64,000 bases of DNA from Podospora anserina (Eukaryota), in contig CM030338.1 of NCBI GenBank assembly GCA_017654855.1, positions 2,976,001 to 3,040,000 of the forward strand. The letters are read 5' to 3'. The notes under the pieces are model-generated. The model saw only the letters and a list, made by a program, of their open reading frames with translations, searched no databases and was not told the DNA's origin. Made by a program: the position numbers and the translations under genes. Below, one piece after another: positions 51,360 to 61,769 of the stretch (the first letter of the stretch is position 1; each line of letters begins with the position of its first letter).

Positions 51360-51989
51360 TTAAGCCTCAGACTGGAAGTAGTCGAGGAGGATGGAGCGCT
51401 CCTGCGACTCCTCACCCCAGTCCTTGACGACGACGCAAGAGCAGTTGACAACCTTGCGGGCGTTACCTTCACGGTCGAGGACGCCTGTGGAAGAGAGTCA
51501 GTATTGGTGGCGACACTAAAAGATTGTAAAGGGTACTCACAGAGACCAGCCCACTCGCCCAATTGCTTTCCATCGGGAACCTTGATCAGAGGGATCTTGT
51601 GCTCGGAGCAGAGGGCAATGACGAGCTTCTTGTAGGCCTCCTCCTCGCAGGACTCGTTGAGGACGCACATGTGGGCCTGGCGGCGGTCGAGGGCCTTGGA
51701 AGCCTCACGGAGACCGCGGGCGAGACCGTCGTGCATGAGGGAGAGCTTGAGAACACCCTTGAGAGCGTCAAGGACAGACATCTGGCCCTTGCTGGCCTCG
51801 GCCGAAACCTCGACCTCGACGTCGGCAACCTGCTGAGTCTCTTCTACGTCCGACTAGACACACGACTTTGTTAGCGGGGTGTCATCCTCGACGGCGGCGA
51901 GAAAAGAGCGGTGGCATTGTGTTTGGTGGTATAGGTGATCGTCGACTTCAAGTCGTTGTCGTCGTTGGTGGGTGGACGGTACTCACCAT
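51360..51989 (-). CDS. RPS12: 40S ribosomal protein eS12; exons 51989-51987 (ATG only), 51853-51541, 51484-51360
   Basis: [59 protein letters not shown]. Confidence 0.97.
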
Positions 51990-52399
51990 CTTGATGATTT
52001 ACTTTCCAAGTAAAGTGCCGGTGCGATCCTCGAAGAGTAAATTGGTAATGATCCTTTTATTCGTGTGTAGGTATCAGGAGGGAGGGGAGCTAGAACAGGC
52101 CGGTGGACAGAAATTCGAGAATAATGTGCGAGCCCCGAGCGCCCCACCCAATTGGCTGGATCCATCAAAATTTTGGTGTGTGCTTCGCGAAAGCGGGGCG
52201 CTCTGCCAGAAAGGGATTGGCGAAATGTTGCTGCAGTAGGCATTAGGGCAAAGTTTCGAGGAGCACGGGCCACCACCACGACCCACAAGCTAGGCGACGA
52301 CAAATTTCTCTGGGGTTGTTGCTCTGCCAGGCCTTGTTGAAAAGTCGACGCCCGCCCACCGACCTTCTCCGCGACCACCATCCGTCAATCACCAACGAG

Positions 52400-52638
52400 G
52401 TATGTATATTCATCCCGCTCTCGGGACATGACTCAACAGCAGGACGACGCCTTTCGCACAGGCTGAGGAGGGCAATCATGGAGGCCCGTGTTGGCAAAAC
52501 GCGGGTCGACGACATGATACGCTCCTCCTCGTCAGCAGCTGGCGGGCAGAACCCTCTTGAAGAATCATCAACGAGGGCACTCTTCCACGCAGTCGAGCCT
52601 CGACCGAAAGGCTAACACAAACCTCGAACCTCTGGCAG
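52400..52638 (+). other. 5'-UTR intron of RPS22
   Basis: GTATGT donor at 52400, GCTAAC branch at about 52610, CAG acceptor ending 52638, 56 nt before the ATG. Confidence 0.75.
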
Positions 52639-52694
52639 ATACCTCATTTCCACATCTCCGATTTGAGAATCTCCGTCTCCTCAACACCGCCAAA

Positions 52695-53381
52695 ATGGTC
52701 CGCACTTCCGTCCTTCACGATGCCCTCAACAGCATCAACAACGCCGAGAAGGCCGGCAAGCGCCAGGTCTTGATCCGCCCTTCCTCCAAGGTCATCGTCA
52801 AGTTCCTCCAGGTCATGCAGAAGCACGGTATGTGGTTGTCAGATGGGAAATCATTGGGCCTCCGAAACGACAAGATCCTCGCGACGATTCCCCTTGCACA
52901 AACTTCGGCATGATAACTAGGCGACTGTCTCAATCTGCTCCACGACTTAGCCCTTTAAGTTGCCGATAAATTATACACCACGCGGGGATCTTACACGTTA
53001 TCGGAGTTGCCAATGATGACCCAATGTTTAAATCGTCGCGACATTTTTTTCTGACATTCTTTCCTAGGCTACATTGGCGAGTTCGAGGAGATCGATGACC
53101 ACCGCTCCGGCAAGATCGTTGTCCAGCTCAACGGCCGGTATGTTTTTGTCTGTCTGACCTGACTTGAAGAGCACAAACTAACCCTTCCCAGCCTCAACAA
53201 GTGCGGTGTCATCTCCCCCCGTTACAACGTCCGCCTCTCTGAGCTCGAGAAGTGGGTTGTCAAGCTCCTTCCCGCCCGTCAGTTCGGCTACGTCATCCTC
53301 ACCACCTCGGCCGGTATCATGGACCAGGAGGAGGCCCGTCGCCGCCACGTCTCTGGCAAGATCATTGGCTTCTTCTACTAG
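52695..53381 (+). CDS. RPS22: 40S ribosomal protein uS8 (S22); exons 52695-52827, 53068-53137, 53192-53381 (130 aa)
   Basis: [38 protein letters not shown]...[34 protein letters not shown]...GKIIGFFY. Confidence 0.98.
52905..53046 (+). ncRNA. snR44: Intronic box H/ACA snoRNA, snR44-like
   Basis: Two hairpins (CGGCA/TGCCG and CGCG/CGCG basal stems), H box AAATTA at 52968, ACA at 53041-53043. Guide pairs GATAACT+TTTAA and CTTACA+TTTAAA each start their 3' half 14 nt before the box. Same host gene as yeast snR44 (RPS22B intron). Confidence 0.85.
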
Positions 53382-54206
53382 ACAAGCAACCACAAAGGCA
53401 ATGAAAATCTAGCTACCAAGAGCGATGGCATATTTTGAGCGTTGTGACTGATACCCCTGTTTCATTGGGAGTTCTGATCTGGAAAATGGTTAGATCTTTC
53501 AGACGGCACTGGTTGCACATGGAGGATTCAGATATGAGCAATACCTGAAATCGTGTCTGCATTTGGGACCCGAGCATTTTGAGCGTGACACTGGTGTATC
53601 TGCAACGTGTGATGGCAATGTCTTGTGATATGTTTGTAAGACTGGACATCCAATCCCGTAGGGCCGGCTCTATGTTGAGGAAGTCATTCGTACAATTCTA
53701 TCCATGTCGTTGATAGACACGAGGCAGACCACGATAGGGGTTCAGGCTACAGGCGTGGCCTAGCCCCTTGGGGAAGCTCGATGGAAGCTTGGCAAGGCGA
53801 CTTCACGGCTTTGGCCCCACCTTTAAACCAACGCGACATGCGTCAGTGGTTGTTAATTTTGGGGGGATGGATCCAGTGCCAACGCTTCGCATCAACTTTG
53901 TCCAGGTCTCTCCTTTTTTCCCCTTTTGAATCTATCAAACCTGTCTTGCCACCGATGCGAACCGAAGCGGGATTACCACCGCCCGCGACGACGACGACGA
54001 CGACGACCAGAGACGAAGAACAGCGCGCTCACTGACGAGAACGACCTATCTATTGTACAGAACATATGCGACTCGGACATCTTGTATGAGACCGACATTT
54101 TGATACCTCGATGAACACGCTCTACTCCGACAACAACCGCTACTCGGCAAGGAAACGGCCCTCGGAGATCTAAACCGCCGGGCGACGCACCCCGGCCGCG
54201 GTCACG

Positions 54207-56117
54207 ATGCGCAACAGGCAGATTGGCGTCCTGGGGGCGCTTCTGTTCTTGGTGTTTTGTGTTTATTCTCTGTCAAGAAGCCCAGGGGGTTTACCCCGGC
54301 CCCGTTCACCGCAAAAGGAACCGGAGGACAAGCCGCCTGAACCACCCAGGATAGCAATCCCCATCACCTGGACCGACGACTCCAACACAAAAGACACCAA
54401 ACCCGCCCCTGCCCCAGAGGGGTCGCATCCGATATGGTACCTGACCAACCAAGCAGAGAAGGAGTTTGAAGTTGTGAAAGGGAGGCAGAGCAGAACTTTG
54501 GGAGAAGCGGTGGGGGAGTATAAACGCCGGTACGGGATACCGCCCCCCCCCAACTTTGACAAGTGGTGGGATTTTGCAACGGAGAGGGGGGTGGTGCTAG
54601 TTGATGAGTTTGATACCGTCATGGAATTAGTCACGCCGTTCTGGGGGCTGAAGCCGGCGACGACGAGGAGGAGGGCGAGGGAGGTGATCGGGTTTGATGA
54701 TTCGCTTATGGGGGTGCAGATCAGGAAGGGGAATGTCACTAGTGTTTTCAAGGCTAGGACGGCGGAGTGGCATCAGAGGGGTGTGCTGGGGATGCTGGAG
54801 AAGTTTGTGGGTTGGTTGCCGGATATGGACTTGGCGTTTAATGTCAATGATGAGAGTAGGGTTGTGGTGCCGTTTGAGGATCTGGAGAGGCTGGTGAAGG
54901 TGGGGTTGGGGGTTAACATGGCGAAACTAAAGCGGGAAAAGGAGCCGAGGAATGGGTGGACTGATGTGGGAAAAGTGGAAGGGTTGGATTACGAGGGACG
55001 GTTTGATGAGGGGAAGCTGACGAGGTTTAACACTTTTGCTCATCAGCCTACTTGGACGCACTCGAGGATCTCGTGCCCGCCTGGGAGCCCGGCGAGGATA
55101 TTGGAGGAGGGGGAGCAGTTTGATGATCGGGGGAGGTACTCGATGGGGGAGCTGGGGTTTGTGACGAACTGGACTGCGATGGCGGATATATGTCTTACGC
55201 CTTCGCTCCAGTCGACGTTTGGGTTTTTTGACAGGCCGAACGCGTATTCTGTCGTTCATGATCTTGTTCCGGTTTTTTCGCCGAGCAAGATTTCGAGTTA
55301 TCAGGATCTGATCTTTCCTTCTCCGTGGTATTACTCGGGGAAAGTCCCGTACGACCCGAAGAAGGATCCGGACTGGGAAGAGAAGATGAACCGGTTGTAC
55401 TGGCGTGGCTCGACGACGGGTGGTTTTTCGCGCAATGGAGGCTGGAGGAGGCAGCACAGGCAGAGGGTGGTGAAGAAATTCAATGCGGTGGACAAGGCTA
55501 ATGTTCTTACCAATGTGGGCAGTTCCACCTCGCCTAACTGGACGGTTGCTTCTGTTCCCCGGGGGGACTACAAGTCTCTGTTGGATGTTTATTTCAGCCA
55601 CATTGGGCAGTGCGATCCGGGGGATTGTGCCGCGCAGAAAGAATTCTTTGAGATTAAAGAGTATGCCAAGCAGGAAGACGCGCTCAAGTACAAGCATGTG
55701 CTTGACATGGACGGGAATGCCTTTTCGGGGAGATTTCACGCGTTTTTGAAGAGCAAGAGCTTGGTTTTTAAGTTTGCCATCTTCAAGGAGTGGCATTATG
55801 AGTGGTTGAGGCCGTGGGCGCACTATGTGCCCATGAGCCTCAAGGGGGAGGAGTGGCTGGAGCTGGTGAGGTATTTCGGGGAGGAGGGGGAGGGAAAACG
55901 AGAAGGGGAGAGGGTGGCGATGCAGGGGAGGGAGTGGGCGGGCAAGGTTTTGAGGGGGGAGGACATGGAGGTTTGGTTTTTTAGGTTGTTGTTGGAGTGA
56001 GTTTTCCCTGCCCTGGATCATGTGTGATGATGATTTGATGCTGACATAAGAGAAAAAAAAATTAGGTATGGGAGGGTGGTGGATGATGATAGGGAGAAGA
56101 TCGGGTTTGATATGTGA
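54207..56117 (+). CDS. Glycosyltransferase family 90 (CAP10-like) type II membrane protein; terminal intron at about 55997-56065
   Basis: N-terminal signal anchor; RRYGIPPPPNFDKWW; LPDMDLAFNVNDESRV; LYWRGSTTGG; YKHVLDMDGNAFSGRF; WLRPWAHYVP; RLLLE|YGRVVDDDR. Confidence 0.9.
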
Positions 56118-56692
56118 AAAACTGTGTGTTCTTTTACATTTCAAAAACAGGAGTGAGTATATAAGGGGTCAAGGGTCAACAGCAAAAACAGTCGACATTA
56201 TAACGGGTTGGATAATGGCGGATGGGAAAAAAGCAATGTCTATAGCAGTTGTGGTGGGCGGGTAAGTTATGAATTATAATATATGTATAACATGTACACA
56301 ATCAAGGTACCAGGGATGGGTAGATTTCAGGACAGGTATAGAATACAGACACTCATAAACATATCAAAGATCACAAATGCAGCACAATCTAAATCATCTT
56401 GCTTCCGTTTTACCTGCTTTGCACTTGAAAACAACAAGGGTCGTGCTATCAACAATGAAGATCAATCACCAACGCAGGTCTGGTTCAACCGTTCCATGAG
56501 GTGTGTTAACCACTTCAAACAAACTTTCAGAGGCCCCAATCATCAAAATAAACACGCAAAGATTTGACCGAAAAGGTGTCAATAAATCTATTAACCCATA
56601 CATCTCTCTCGCTGCTTGATCAACATACCACACATTAACCCTCAATAACGCGCCAAAACCCCAAGCCTAAAAAAGCCACTTTTTCTTCCAAC

Positions 56693-58229
56693 TCAATCCT
56701 CATCCCCCTCGGCATCCTCCTCCCCCCCAGACACCTCTCTCTCCTCTCCACCATACCCCTCCTCACTCCCCACACTCCCCCTCCTCTCCTGCTCCCTTCC
56801 CCCATCTTGTTCCTCCTCTTCCTCCTCCTCATCCTCCCCCCCAAAGTACCCAACAGGCATGCTCTTAAACCTCTCCAACTCCTGCCTCAACTCCTCACTC
56901 GGCTCCCCAACCGTAACCTCCAGCTCCCCCACCCTCGCCTCCTCCTCCTCACCCTGCGGCAGCACCCCAATCGTCCTTGCAATATTCTTCGTCCTCTGGT
57001 TCCGAATCGTGGTCCTCTGCATGACAGGGTAGTAATAAACCCCCTTCTGCGCACTATCGTCCCTCCGTCCCTTGCTCCCCGTCTCATCATTCCGATACGC
57101 AAGGATAACCTCCTCCGCATACTTCGTATGGTGATCCATCTCCTTTTCCGTAGCCGTCTCATACGCCCTGACCCTCGGAAACTTGAATATACCCCTACCC
57201 TCGCCATCAGTAGCGGTATACAGCGACTCCTTCTCCTTATCCGGGTTATCCACATCGAATTTCTCCCGGAACCTCTCCCCCGTCTTGCCATCCTGCGGTA
57301 GGTAAAAGTCGTAGTTCATCATCTGCAACGGCTTGGGGGTGTGATCCGGATCGCGAGCCCAAGCCTCATACGCCTGCTGGTAGGCCTCATCCTCGGCCTG
57401 GGAGCGGGTGATGGGCTTGAGGATACCAGACAGCATGCGGGTGTCGTACTTGTCCGTTGCAGTGACGGGGTTGGTCTGGAACTTGACCGTGACGTAGGCG
57501 CCAGAGTCGGGAAAGGCTTCCAGGTCGGGCAGGAGGGGGAACGACTCGACAATGGTGCAGTTGGTGCGTTTGGAGGGGTGCTTGACTTTGGTTCTGTCCG
57601 CCAGGCCGACGGCCGCGGCTTCGAATGATTTCTCGATGCGCCGCTTGATCCAGGCTGGTGTTCCCCTGTCTGGCTCTGGGGAGGCCTTGCGCTTGATGGG
57701 GCGCTTGGGAGCGGCGTTGCCGGCCGAGGGTCGAAGGAAGGGGTCGGCTTTAAGGCGGGAGACGGTGGTGGGGGTGTTGGAGATGTATTCTGTCCGGCGG
57801 AGGAAGGACACGCCCTGGTTTTGGGACTTGGGCTTGCCTAGGCTGCCGAGGGGACGGAGGAGGGCTCTGTCGTGGGGATGGATCGGGGGAGGTTCGGAGG
57901 GGGCTTGGATTGCTGGTTGCTGAAAGTCAGTTACGTTACAAGCGACTCGAAAATGGGAAATTGAGACAAGACGCACAGCTCTCATCGCCATCAAAAACAC
58001 CCGGCATCCCCACCAGATCGAGCGGCATTCCGAGTTCGCCATCGGCCTCGATGTTCAATGGCTGAATGCGGGCGAGATGGGACGCGAAGTTGGGGTTGGT
58101 GTACTGGCCGCTAGCTAGACCAACGCTGGGGATGTTCAGCAGCTTCGGCGGGATGGGAGGTGGAGGGAGGGCATTGGAGTATCGGATTCTCGCAATGTAA
58201 TCCTGCGAGTACTTTTCTGGTCGCGACAT
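56693..58229 (-). CDS. PAF1: RNA polymerase II-associated factor Paf1; exons 58229-57977, 57912-56693
   Basis: QDYIARIRYSNALPPPPIPPKLL; ELGMPLDLVGMPG; SFLRRTEYIS; acidic C-terminus. Confidence 0.93.
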
Positions 58230-58887
58230 GATGGCCGGTTTGGTTGTGGTCCTGGTTGTCGAGAGAGAGGGAAAAAGAATTTGGCGAGGCGCGCGTTCGC
58301 GGTTCAATTTGTTGGAGTTGCGCGGTCCAAGCCGAAGGTGACGATTAAGTTAGAGTTGAGAATAAAAGTGGGCCCGACCAGCTTCAGCGCGCTGTGGCCA
58401 AACACAGGTACCTACCTATTAAGAGAATCATTCTTTTTGACATTTGATCGCACTTGAAATCGCAGAGACGTGATATATCACATATTCAATCCTCACTCAA
58501 ACTTCAAATTTCACTCCAAAAACCATCTTCAAATTAACCCCTACCCAACTCTCTGTCTCTCCTATCCCCAAAGAACAACCCCTTCGACTCGATTAAAACA
58601 GATATATAACATTAATACAAGGTGTTGTCGTAAAGTCCTTCCCCCCCGGCCCCCCCCTCATCTTCACCATGTGTCATGATACATGCAATCTAGCCTGCCC
58701 TGCCAGAGAGTTTGTTGTCTATCCCACCTTGAACCAACCCATCCATCCACCCGCGCAAAAAATGCTTATCCATTTCCGTTGCGAGCGCGTGTGCCTGACT
58801 TTAGAAAAACGCCTCCATCCCGCCCGCCGACCAAATCACTTTTTGTGTTCCGTCCAAAAAAAAAGCCAATCATGATCACTCTGCAAT

Positions 58888-59647
58888 TTATGAGCTGTTC
58901 TTGGTGTAGCGCGCCTTGCCAACGGTAAATGGCACGTAGCGGTACTTAATCATGTGCTGGATTTGCTTGCGCACTGTTGCAAGTTGGGTGTCAGATGCTG
59001 AAAATTGCAGAGGATAAGGATAAATAGGGAAAAGACTTACTGGTCAAAACAAAAAGCATAATCCAGTACATCACCAACACTGGCCAAAACACGGGCACAT
59101 TAAACACCTCGAACCAGGTGCACACAAACGAGATGGAAATGGCGCGGGTGGCGGCGTGCCAGAACTTGAACTCGGGCAGGCGGCGGATAAAGGGACGGAA
59201 CTCCTCGTCCTGCTTGGTAGGGAGAGAACCGAGGCTGCCGTCTTCCATGTCATTGTCGAGGGCCTCGTTGGAGGGGTCGAATTTGGGCTGGAGGAAGGCG
59301 AGGAAGAGGTTGAGGAGGTAGATGCCGAGGGCGTAGGCCACTGTGAATCGTTCCATCGTTAGCATGCGGTACAAGAAGAGAGGTCAGGTAGACATACCGA
59401 TATACCAGCCTTGCGCAAAGAAGACGCGCGCAAAGAAAAAGACGAGCAGCACGCCGGTGCCGACCCATCGGTAGAGAGTGTGGGGAGTCGACTGGTCGAG
59501 GAGCGCTTGGTATTGCTGTCTTTCTGTTAGTTTTCTGTCTCTTCCTCTCTATCCAACCCAGAGTCTGGTATCGCATACCCTCGACAGCTTGTTCGTTTGC
59601 GCAGTCACGGCGCCAAAGGCCGACATTGGTTCCTCGACAGCGTCCAT
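58888..59647 (-). CDS. RER1: Golgi-to-ER retrieval receptor Rer1; exons 59647-59579, 59515-59398, 59340-59041, 58973-58888 (190 aa)
   Basis: GWYI|VAYALGIYLLNLFLAFLQPKFDP; EEFRPFIRRLPEFKFW; VPVFWPVLVMY; MRKQIQHMIKYRYVPF. Confidence 0.96.
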
Positions 59648-60214
59648 CTTGTGTATAATTCTCCCGTCGAAAAATAGGATCGTCGTGGTCGTTGGCGTTG
59701 TGAAGTTGAAGAAAAGACACAAAGTTATCACAGGCTGGTGGACAGCAGAACAAGCGCAGCAGCAGCAGAAAGGTGGCAGTGGCTGATTGCGCGTTCTCAG
59801 ATAGGAGGATACGTGACAGATTAATCGGTTTAGCCACACAAACTTCCCGCAAGTTTAGGGGGCTACCCACAAGTGGAAATTTTTGACCAAGAACCTGCCA
59901 CATCTGGCCAGGGTGTGGGGTCGGCACCTTTACTAAAGTGTGGCTGAGACTTTTTGGTAGCGAGCAACTCCCTGTCAGTTGCCGCAAGCAGGGGTGGTCA
60001 TGTTTTAGGCCGAGGATAAGCTTGTACCGGTGACGTCTGGGTGTTAAGAAGGGACGAGCATGTGGGGAGAAGAAGCTACCCCATTGTCCCGAAGAATGGG
60101 GGGAGGGTGATCTTAAACATTGCCGTCCCGCATTCCATTCCGTCTGATGGAATTCGTTTTTATATAAGACTTTAGATTTCTCAATTCCATTCGTGAGCTT
60201 CACACATCGTAGAA

Positions 60215-61219
60215 ATGCACCCCACCGCCCGCCTCGCCGTTCGCAGCAGCGGCTTCCGTGCTGCTGCCGGAACAGCTCGTCTCTCCCGCTTCCAGCCATC
60301 CACCCTCCCCCGTGTCGTCGTCCGCTTTTCTTCCTCTGGATCAAACCCCCAGTATGAGTTCATCCAAGTGACTGAGCCCCGTCCGGGCGTCGGGCAGAGT
60401 ATGTCTCCTGAACTATCACCCCCTCAACCACATATCCATTATTTACTTTCCCCCTTTCCATCACCCACTTACTAACCGCCCATTGCAGTCACCCTCAACC
60501 GCCCCAAAGCCCTCAACGCCCTCTCCACCCCCCTCATAACCGAGCTCAACACCGCCCTCCTCACCTTCCAATCAACCCCCTCCATCCGCGCAATCCTCCT
60601 AACCGGGTCCCAGAAAGCCTTCGCCGCCGGCGCCGACATCAAGGAAATGGCACCCTTAACCTTCAGCTCAGCCTACCTCAACTCCTTCATCGAATCCTGG
60701 TCCAACCTCACCACCACCCTCAAAAAACCCCTCATCGCCGCCGTCTCCGGCCACGCACTTGGCGGAGGGTGTGAGTTAGCCCTCATGGCGGACATAATCT
60801 ACTGCACCAAAACCGCCAATTTCGGGCAGCCGGAAATCAAACTTGGAACCATCCCCGGAGCGGGCGGGTCGCAGAGGTTGACGAGGGCGGTGGGCAAGGC
60901 AAAGGCTATGGAGCTGATATTGACGGGGAAGAGTTTCTCTGGGGAGGAGGCGGAACAGTGGGGGGTTGCTGCGAGGGCGTTTGGGAGTTATGAGGAGTTG
61001 ATGGAGGAGAGTCTCAAGACTGCGGAGACGATTGCGGGGTACAGCAAGGTTGCGGTGCAGGCGGCCAAGGAGGTGGTGAATAAGAGCCAGGAGTTGGGAT
61101 TGAGGGATGGGGTCGAGTTTGAGAGACGGGTTTTTCACGCGTTGTTTGGGAGTGAGGATCAGAAGGAGGGGATGGGGGCTTTTGGTGAGAAGAGGAAGGC
61201 TCAGTGGAAGGATCAGTAG
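60215..61219 (+). CDS. Mitochondrial short-chain enoyl-CoA hydratase (crotonase, ECHS1-like); exons 60215-60398, 60489-61219
   Basis: Arg-rich presequence; ITLNRPKALNAL; AFAAGADIKEM; ALGGGCELAL; FGQPEIKLGTIPGAGGSQRL. Confidence 0.94.
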
Positions 61220-61769
61220 AGGTGGGGGGAAGCTGTGGGGGTATGGGATGTCAGTGATGCTGGTAGAAAGGAAGAGGTGTCTATAGTTGTGATGTAAAAG
61301 ATCTGTGAAAGGTTATCAAGTTTTTATTGCACCTGTCCTGGATGTGTATCTACAGTCTTGTGTGATCTTACAGCTCTTGATGCCTTTGCCTTTTGTTAGA
61401 ATCTAAAATTATTCTCTAAAGACCGGCCGCATCATATACACTGTCCACCAGGCATGTCCTCAACAGTTTGCATACGGCAAGTAGTATAATGATATTGTTA
61501 CTCAAAAGCACCCCAAAAAACACCCCAGATTGCAGAGCAAGCCGCACCAGTGGGCAGAGGGCGCACTGCCACATGACTGCCCAAACGAAACGCCAGGTCC
61601 AGCCATATCATGGAAATATATGTACACCAAAGTCCTTCGCAAGGGCAGTAAATAATAGCAGTTCGGGCCTGGCCACTGCAGCGGCGTGCGCCGCAATCTG
61701 GAAGGTTTTTCCAGATTGATTTTTCTCTTCTTATTTCGCATCTCCATCCAACCCCCTCTGGTTGGGCTG

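Noticed and set aside
57913-57921. Tandem 3' splice sites in the PAF1 intron
   Set aside because: The proximal AG is very close to the branch point and out of frame; ordinary use of the distal AG explains it.
61217-61300. Stop-codon readthrough giving a cryptic peroxisomal PTS1 on enoyl-CoA hydratase
   Set aside because: The stop context is TAG-AGG rather than TGA-CTA, and the extension does not end in an SKL-like tripeptide.
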